Below the pieces are notes generated by a model that saw nothing but the letters and a program-made list of their open reading frames with translations, ran no database searches and was not told where the DNA came from. A program made the translations under genes and the position numbers. Below, piece by piece: positions 15,324-19,921 of a stretch of DNA of 19,921 nucleotides (its first letter is position 1; each line of letters starts with the position of its first letter). Origin of the DNA: a virus; the UHGV virus genome UHGV-0478452; one strand, written 5' to 3'.

Positions 15324-15601
15324 GAATCTCTCCGATATATTTCATATTCAAAATGTTTATTAGTCAAGGTAAAGATGTAAACTGTAGATAAACCATCAAT
15401 CGCTAATGCAAACTGCTCAACATTATCTTTTGATAAGTGTTCAAACTTTACTTCATGTCCCTTGTTGATGAGTACTTTACCGAACTGCTCTATCTTAGTC
15501 AAGCACTCTTTTACAAAATTTTTTCTACTTTCTTCTGAATAGAAGGGTTCAAAACCCTCCTTCAGATAACTATCAATCAGTTTCGAACGGACAGTCATCA
15601 T
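15320..15601 (-). CDS. hypothetical protein (93 aa)
   Basis: ORF in the track; its 5' end overlaps the primase-helicase 3' end by about 9 codons. No motif recognised. Confidence 0.45.
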   Translation of the reverse strand: MMTVRSKLIDSYLKEGFEPFYSEESRKNFVKECLTKIEQFGKVLINKGHEVKFEHLSKDNVEQFALAIDGLSTVYIFTLTNKHFEYEIYRRDS

Positions 15602-17564
15602 TATCCTCGTTAATCACAGGTGGAATGGTGGAACTTTCACGTTGTTCTTGTGTGTAAATCTCTCCAGATTCACGGTCAAAATCAACATCTTCATAGTGTG
15701 GCATAGAGTCATCGTAATGGTCTTCAGCCTCACCAATACCAAACTGCTGACGAATATTCTCTGCTGCACCATCAATATCAACACCACATCCAGCAGCCTT
15801 TACAAGACGACCTGTATCTGGATTATACCAAGTGTGACCAGCAATACCAGTTGATTTACCATGACGACGACATTTTGTTAACTTGATTTTTGTCAAGTTC
15901 TTTTTAACAGGGTCTGGGTCAACCTTGTTACGCATAAGCAAAATGTTGTTCATGGAAATCTGGAAGTATGCACCAGAACCCTTGATATCTTCTTCAGAAA
16001 TATCACCACCTTCAGAGTTAGCCTTTTGACCACCTGCACTCTTACGAACGTGACACACGTTTACCTGAGCATACTGATAACGCTTACAGCGACGAAGTAA
16101 CTCAGACAGAACTTCTTCTTCATCTGTATCAGAGCGTGACAGCGCCAATGTAATAGGGTCAAGGATGATAATCTTACAATCAAGACTGTTAACCAGATAG
16201 TCAACAAACTCCAGCAGGTTATCTTGGTCAATTGCCCCTTGGTGGTCTACGATGTGGATACGACGACCTTTTGACAACTCAGCATGTGCAACCTTAATCT
16301 CATCCCAATTACGCTCATCGTAAGGAATCTCTGAAATCTGCTTACTAAGATGGATTGCACAGAGCATTTCCATAAGTTCTTCGTAAGTATCCTCTACAGG
16401 AATTACACCGATGTTGTACTCAGTATCCTTCCATGCTTTGTAAATCATTTCACGAGTATATGCAGATTTACCTACAGATGAAGGTGCAGCAAGGGTTGTA
16501 ATCTCGCCTAAACCATACCCGCCATAAGTCAGCTTATTCAAATCCCCGAAAGAATCTGGGAAAGGAATTAAAGGAATCTGACCACGATTCTTCATAGCAT
16601 CGAAACCATCTGCAAAGTTCTTGATACCAGCAGGGCAGTAACGAGGTGCATTGTAGATTCGTTGTTTAAATCCTTCTAAGACTGTATCTTTGTCTTTGAA
16701 GAACTTAGTCCACCACTCACTAAGGTCTTTAATACCTTCAGGATACTGGAACAGTCTTACTTTTTCAATAGGTAAGATACCAGCAGCTTCCTTAGTTGCT
16801 TTAGCCCCTGCTTCATCATTATCAAAGCATAGGTAAATCTCATCAAAGGAAGTAATATACTGATAGTTCTCTTTGATGGACTTAACATTAGCACCGGATG
16901 GTACAGAAACGTGGCAGTAATTCTTACGTCTAGACTTATCTTTAATTGCTAAAGAAGTCATGTAGATTGCTGTAGCACATTCCATCTCACCTTCCCAGAT
17001 GAAAAGACGGTTACCACCTTCTGGAGCAATCCATGAACCGAACATAGCCAGTTCACCTTTAATATCTCCGACACCACCAGAAAAATCTTTCAACTTCCCA
17101 CGTAAGTGCTCTTTATGATAGTCATCTGGATATTTGTGACGAACACGATAACCTACATGTTGCAACTTACCATCTTCATCCTTTTTGTATGTTGGATAGA
17201 AATGTGCATCAATATCACCGTTATCATCAATATCAACTTTAATACCAAGACGCTCAAGGACTTTTGCAGGAATCTTCCTGTCTTTTAAATCCATTGCTTC
17301 TAGGTTTTCTTTCACATCATCTAAATCCATACCACGAAATGTACGGTTTTTATTCTCTGAACCTGAAGTATGAGTACTCACAATCTGCCCTTTATCAAAA
17401 TCCCACTCTGGAAAACCTTTTCCACAACTGAAACATGTCATTGAATATGAACCGTCATCATGACGATATATAGAACCTGCATCTGAAGATAAACATTGAG
17501 GGCGTGGACATGCACAGTGACCTACAAATGTTCCAGCATCTTTCAGTTTTCTCTGTTTAGCCAT
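15573..17564 (-). CDS. bifunctional DNA primase-helicase (T7 gp4-like)
   Basis: 663-aa ORF, RBS GAGGTG before ATG at 17564. N-terminal Cys4 zinc-binding element (CACPRPQC...CFSCGKG), TOPRIM-like EGEM segment, Walker A-like P-loop (AAPSSVGKSAYT), and an acidic C-terminal tail ending DNDDCPFETD. Confidence 0.9.
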   Translation of the reverse strand: MAKQRKLKDAGTFVGHCACPRPQCLSSDAGSIYRHDDGSYSMTCFSCGKGFPEWDFDKGQIVSTHTSGSENKNRTFRGMDLDDVKENLEAMDLKDRKIPAKVLERLGIKVDIDDNGDIDAHFYPTYKKDEDGKLQHVGYRVRHKYPDDYHKEHLRGKLKDFSGGVGDIKGELAMFGSWIAPEGGNRLFIWEGEMECATAIYMTSLAIKDKSRRKNYCHVSVPSGANVKSIKENYQYITSFDEIYLCFDNDEAGAKATKEAAGILPIEKVRLFQYPEGIKDLSEWWTKFFKDKDTVLEGFKQRIYNAPRYCPAGIKNFADGFDAMKNRGQIPLIPFPDSFGDLNKLTYGGYGLGEITTLAAPSSVGKSAYTREMIYKAWKDTEYNIGVIPVEDTYEELMEMLCAIHLSKQISEIPYDERNWDEIKVAHAELSKGRRIHIVDHQGAIDQDNLLEFVDYLVNSLDCKIIILDPITLALSRSDTDEEEVLSELLRRCKRYQYAQVNVCHVRKSAGGQKANSEGGDISEEDIKGSGAYFQISMNNILLMRNKVDPDPVKKNLTKIKLTKCRRHGKSTGIAGHTWYNPDTGRLVKAAGCGVDIDGAAENIRQQFGIGEAEDHYDDSMPHYEDVDFDRESGEIYTQEQRESSTIPPVINEDNDDCPFETD

Positions 17565-17757
17565 TCACACCTCTTCGTTGTAGTTCTGCCTTAAGACCGT
17601 TTTCAATCTTATCAAGCTCATGGATTTCTTCTGCAATCTCTTTCCTTCTTGAAGCGACCCTTTCAAGTCGCTCCATCATAACTTCTTTGGAAAGAGATGA
17701 GAGTTCCACTGTACGGTGGTCAATTACTTTAAAGTTATTCTCTCTCATCTTCAACAC
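17557..17757 (-). CDS. hypothetical small coiled-coil protein (66 aa)
   Basis: ORF in the track between the dNMP kinase and primase-helicase genes, overlapping the primase start by 8 nt. Confidence 0.4.
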   Translation of the reverse strand: MLKMRENNFKVIDHRTVELSSLSKEVMMERLERVASRRKEIAEEIHELDKIENGLKAELQRRGVNG

Positions 17758-17760
17758 CTT

Positions 17761-18501
17761 TTATAGATTGATAATGGTTTTAAGTTTACTCTCTAACTCT
17801 TCCATCGTTCCGTTATTCTGGATAATATCACGGGAGAAGTTAGTGGAGATACCACGTTCAGAGCTATGGGAAGCCACCTGAGTAGCATCTTTTCTTGTAA
17901 TCTCAATTATCTGGCTATCGTAGCTTTGAAGGAACTCAGCTTCAATATCAAACCTTAAATCACATATCAGTGCAATACCTATGTGACTTTTCTTAACGCA
18001 ATCTCCATAGAATTTTTCAATACGTTCTGCCAAATCTGTAATCCAGAAACGCTCTCCAAGAATTTTACGGATAACCTCACTACCCCAGACTTGCTGTATT
18101 TGTCTTGAGGAAATCATATATTCATTTTTCAAACCAAGCTTTGTAAGCAATGTAGGTTTACCAACTTTCTTTAACTCTTTGATAAGCCTGTCTGTGATTT
18201 CCCCACAAAGTTTTGCATCTTCATGGATGCCCTTACTTTTCATGTTTAGCTGGAAAGCCCATGCCACACGGGAGTTAAGATTGTCAAAATCTAAGCTAAA
18301 CTTTTTAGGTGTTTCTTTCGTATCACCATACAGGTCTTGCCAGTTCAAGTCAAAGATAAATCCAGCAGTTGCTTTTAAGTTATCGGCAAACGCAAACACT
18401 TTAACAGTGTATCCAGCCTCATTCAATAGATTTTTTACAATGCTGCAAGATGTATCCTTTCCAGAACGAGCTTTTCCAGTAAATGCAATAATACTTTTCA
18501 T
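17761..18501 (-). CDS. deoxynucleoside monophosphate kinase (T4 gp1-like)
   Basis: Track ORF 17761..18531; I place the start at ATG 18501 (MKSIIAFTGKARSGKDTS), which has GGAGTG 6 nt upstream. The P-loop G-x-A-R-S-G-K-D-T and the C-terminal end NNGTMEELESKLKTIINL closely parallel T4 gene 1 dNMP kinase as I recall it. Confidence 0.8.
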   Translation of the reverse strand: MKSIIAFTGKARSGKDTSCSIVKNLLNEAGYTVKVFAFADNLKATAGFIFDLNWQDLYGDTKETPKKFSLDFDNLNSRVAWAFQLNMKSKGIHEDAKLCGEITDRLIKELKKVGKPTLLTKLGLKNEYMISSRQIQQVWGSEVIRKILGERFWITDLAERIEKFYGDCVKKSHIGIALICDLRFDIEAEFLQSYDSQIIEITRKDATQVASHSSERGISTNFSRDIIQNNGTMEELESKLKTIINL

Positions 18502-18513
18502 ATCGTTCACTCC

Positions 18514-18543
18514 ATAATAAAAAGCCCCCAATTAAGGAGGCTT
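18514..18543 (-). terminator. rho-independent terminator (AAGCCUCC-UUAAUU-GGGGGCUU then UUUAUUAU)
   Basis: Inverted repeat at plus 18522-18529 / 18536-18543 (one G-U pair on the mRNA strand) followed by a U-rich run, between the stop of ORF 18559..19353 and the dNMP kinase RBS. Confidence 0.6.
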
Positions 18544-18558
18544 AAGGGTATGCCACAA

Positions 18559-19353
18559 TTATTGTAGTTTAGAACCAGTGAGTTCACGCTCAGACATTGC
18601 TTCTAACTGCTGAACAAACTCTTCACCGAAGTTGATTGCAATCTTGGTGCTAAGAACTGCTGCACCAGTTTGGCTAAATACATCCCCGAGTGCTGCTGTA
18701 TGAGCACCTTGTGAAATGCTCTCTACAAAGCTTGGGTCAGACTCTAACATTTTTGACACTTCAAGTAAAGCATGGATACCCATGATACTAAAGATAGCAT
18801 TTAACAGTGAAGTTACCTTAACCTGAATAGGGTCTAAAGAGAGACCATTAGTAATCTCTGACAGCTTATTCATTGTCTCATCAGCATACTGAATTGCCTT
18901 GTCAGATACTTCATCAAAGCCCCAATCCAGTTTTGCATAACGTGGTGACTTATCATTCATACGCTTCTCTAGTGATGCCATTACAGCAGCAACTGGCGTA
19001 CAAATAGCTTTCAGAATGTCTTCATCACTCATGTTATCAAGCTCTTTGATACCCTGCTCAGTAATCTGGATGTATCCACCTGAATACATTTCATCAAAGA
19101 TATATGCTGCAAAAGCATCAACACCAATGAAGATGGTCTTCAGAGCATCAGTCTTATTAGACAGCAGGTATTCAACCTCTTTACGGAAATCTTCGTCATT
19201 CTCTACAGCGTTTTTTACAACACGCAGAGATTCAGGGATAAATTTTCCTGACAGTGAGTTGCTACGCATAATGATAGCAAGAGTCTCAACAGTGTTCAGC
19301 ATGAATGCTTCGTCGATACCTTTTTCTTCCAGAATCTCATTTACAGTTTTCAT
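18559..19353 (-). CDS. hypothetical protein (264 aa, predicted largely helical)
   Basis: ORF in the track; no motif recognised. Confidence 0.55.
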   Translation of the reverse strand: MKTVNEILEEKGIDEAFMLNTVETLAIIMRSNSLSGKFIPESLRVVKNAVENDEDFRKEVEYLLSNKTDALKTIFIGVDAFAAYIFDEMYSGGYIQITEQGIKELDNMSDEDILKAICTPVAAVMASLEKRMNDKSPRYAKLDWGFDEVSDKAIQYADETMNKLSEITNGLSLDPIQVKVTSLLNAIFSIMGIHALLEVSKMLESDPSFVESISQGAHTAALGDVFSQTGAAVLSTKIAINFGEEFVQQLEAMSERELTGSKLQ

Positions 19354-19777
19354 CTTTAATCTCTCTCATTTTGTTAATAGTAAGTCGTGATAATCTTAAG
19401 CTTTCTTGTGAAGAGAAGTCAAGTCCTTTTTCAGACCGTGGGAAGTAATTTCTGTCCCATGTATTCTCTGCATCCTGAAGCAGTTGGGATAGACTATCTA
19501 AGTCCGTTCCATTTTGCAACTTATTTTTTAAGGTATCTATCAAAAAGATTGTGTCTTTCGCTTTACGTCTTTCTGAAGATATCTCTTTCATGTGCTCAAA
19601 TACAGAACACTTCAAACCTTCATCGTATCCACTTGATAGTTCTATCTCATGCTGAACATCAACCATTCGACGATGTTGATAAGCATACTCCTTCTGAGCC
19701 TCAATGTAAAGTGCTTCAACTCTTTCTAAAGCTTGAACAAGGTTATTGATATCTGGGTGAACGTACATCCTCTGCAT
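19337..19777 (-). CDS. hypothetical protein (146 aa); first gene after the AT-rich upstream region
   Basis: ORF in the track with AGAGG before ATG at 19777; no motif recognised. Confidence 0.55.
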   Translation of the reverse strand: MQRMYVHPDINNLVQALERVEALYIEAQKEYAYQHRRMVDVQHEIELSSGYDEGLKCSVFEHMKEISSERRKAKDTIFLIDTLKNKLQNGTDLDSLSQLLQDAENTWDRNYFPRSEKGLDFSSQESLRLSRLTINKMREIKDENCK

Positions 19778-19921
19778 GATTGCCTCTGTTAAGTATCTAT
19801 AAAGATTTTAATCTCTTATCTTTATGTATGTTATACATATAACTTTAAAGCTTTTTAAAAGCTATTAAAAATCTTTTAAGACTTTTAAAGAAACTGTATA
19901 GTTAATCTATAAAGGGAGTCT
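19778..19921 (-). promoter_or_regulatory. AT-rich putative promoter/regulatory region with a repeated ATCTATAAAG motif and a near-palindrome AGCTTTTTAAAAGCT
   Basis: ATCTATAAAG occurs at 19796-19805 and 19906-19915; TTTAAA-type units recur (ctttaaagc, tttaaaagc, ttttaagac, ttttaaaga); near-perfect 15-bp palindrome at about 19849-19863. No coding potential. Confidence 0.4.

Noticed and set aside
69-19749. All plus-strand ORFs in the supplied track (for example 725..1036, 3061..3402, 5057..5269, 8201..8422, 18179..18517, 19016..19390, 19387..19749)
   Set aside because: Each lies antisense within a longer minus-strand gene that has recognisable protein motifs and proper RBS/overlap architecture. 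None has a convincing RBS or recognisable product, so they are best explained as shadow ORFs.
19903-19921. Plus-strand TAATCTATAAAGGGAGTCT, loosely reminiscent of the T7 promoter core CTATAGGGAGA
   Set aside because: The match is partial, on the non-coding orientation relative to all genes here, and at the extreme window edge. It is kept only as part of the repeated-motif observation.
1-19921. CRISPR arrays, tRNA/rRNA genes, transposases or integrases
   Set aside because: No regularly spaced direct repeats, no cloverleaf-compatible intergenic segments (intergenic spaces are under 100 nt apart from the AT-rich end) and no recombinase-like ORF were seen; this was manual inspection only and a tRNA scan was not run.

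Overview
The window looks like part of a lytic dsDNA phage genome: AT-rich, tightly packed, with every supportable gene on the minus strand, short or overlapping gene junctions, strong Shine-Dalgarno sites and several hairpin+U-run terminators. Reading in the direction of transcription (high to low coordinate) it contains: an AT-rich, repeat-containing upstream region (19778-19921); two unknown proteins; a T4 gp1-like dNMP kinase; a T7 gp4-like primase-helicase; a gp2.5-like acidic-tail SSB with its own sigma70-like promoter; a gp6-like 5'-3' exonuclease; a GIY-YIG protein; a MazG-like pyrophosphatase with a Cys-x-x-Cys extension; aerobic class Ia RNR (nrdA, nrdB, glutaredoxin); anaerobic class III RNR (nrdD and nrdG, separated by four small inserted genes, two of them membrane proteins); and finally a Prs-family pyrophosphokinase next to a NadV/NAMPT-family phosphoribosyltransferase that runs off the window edge. 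The most interesting candidate is that Prs-like/NadV-like pair, which fits a phage NAD+ reconstitution (anti-NAD-depletion) module; the nrdD-nrdG insertion and the unknown genes nearby are secondary candidates. All calls rest on reading the translations and motifs from memory; no database search was run. No rRNA, tRNA, CRISPR array or transposase was found.
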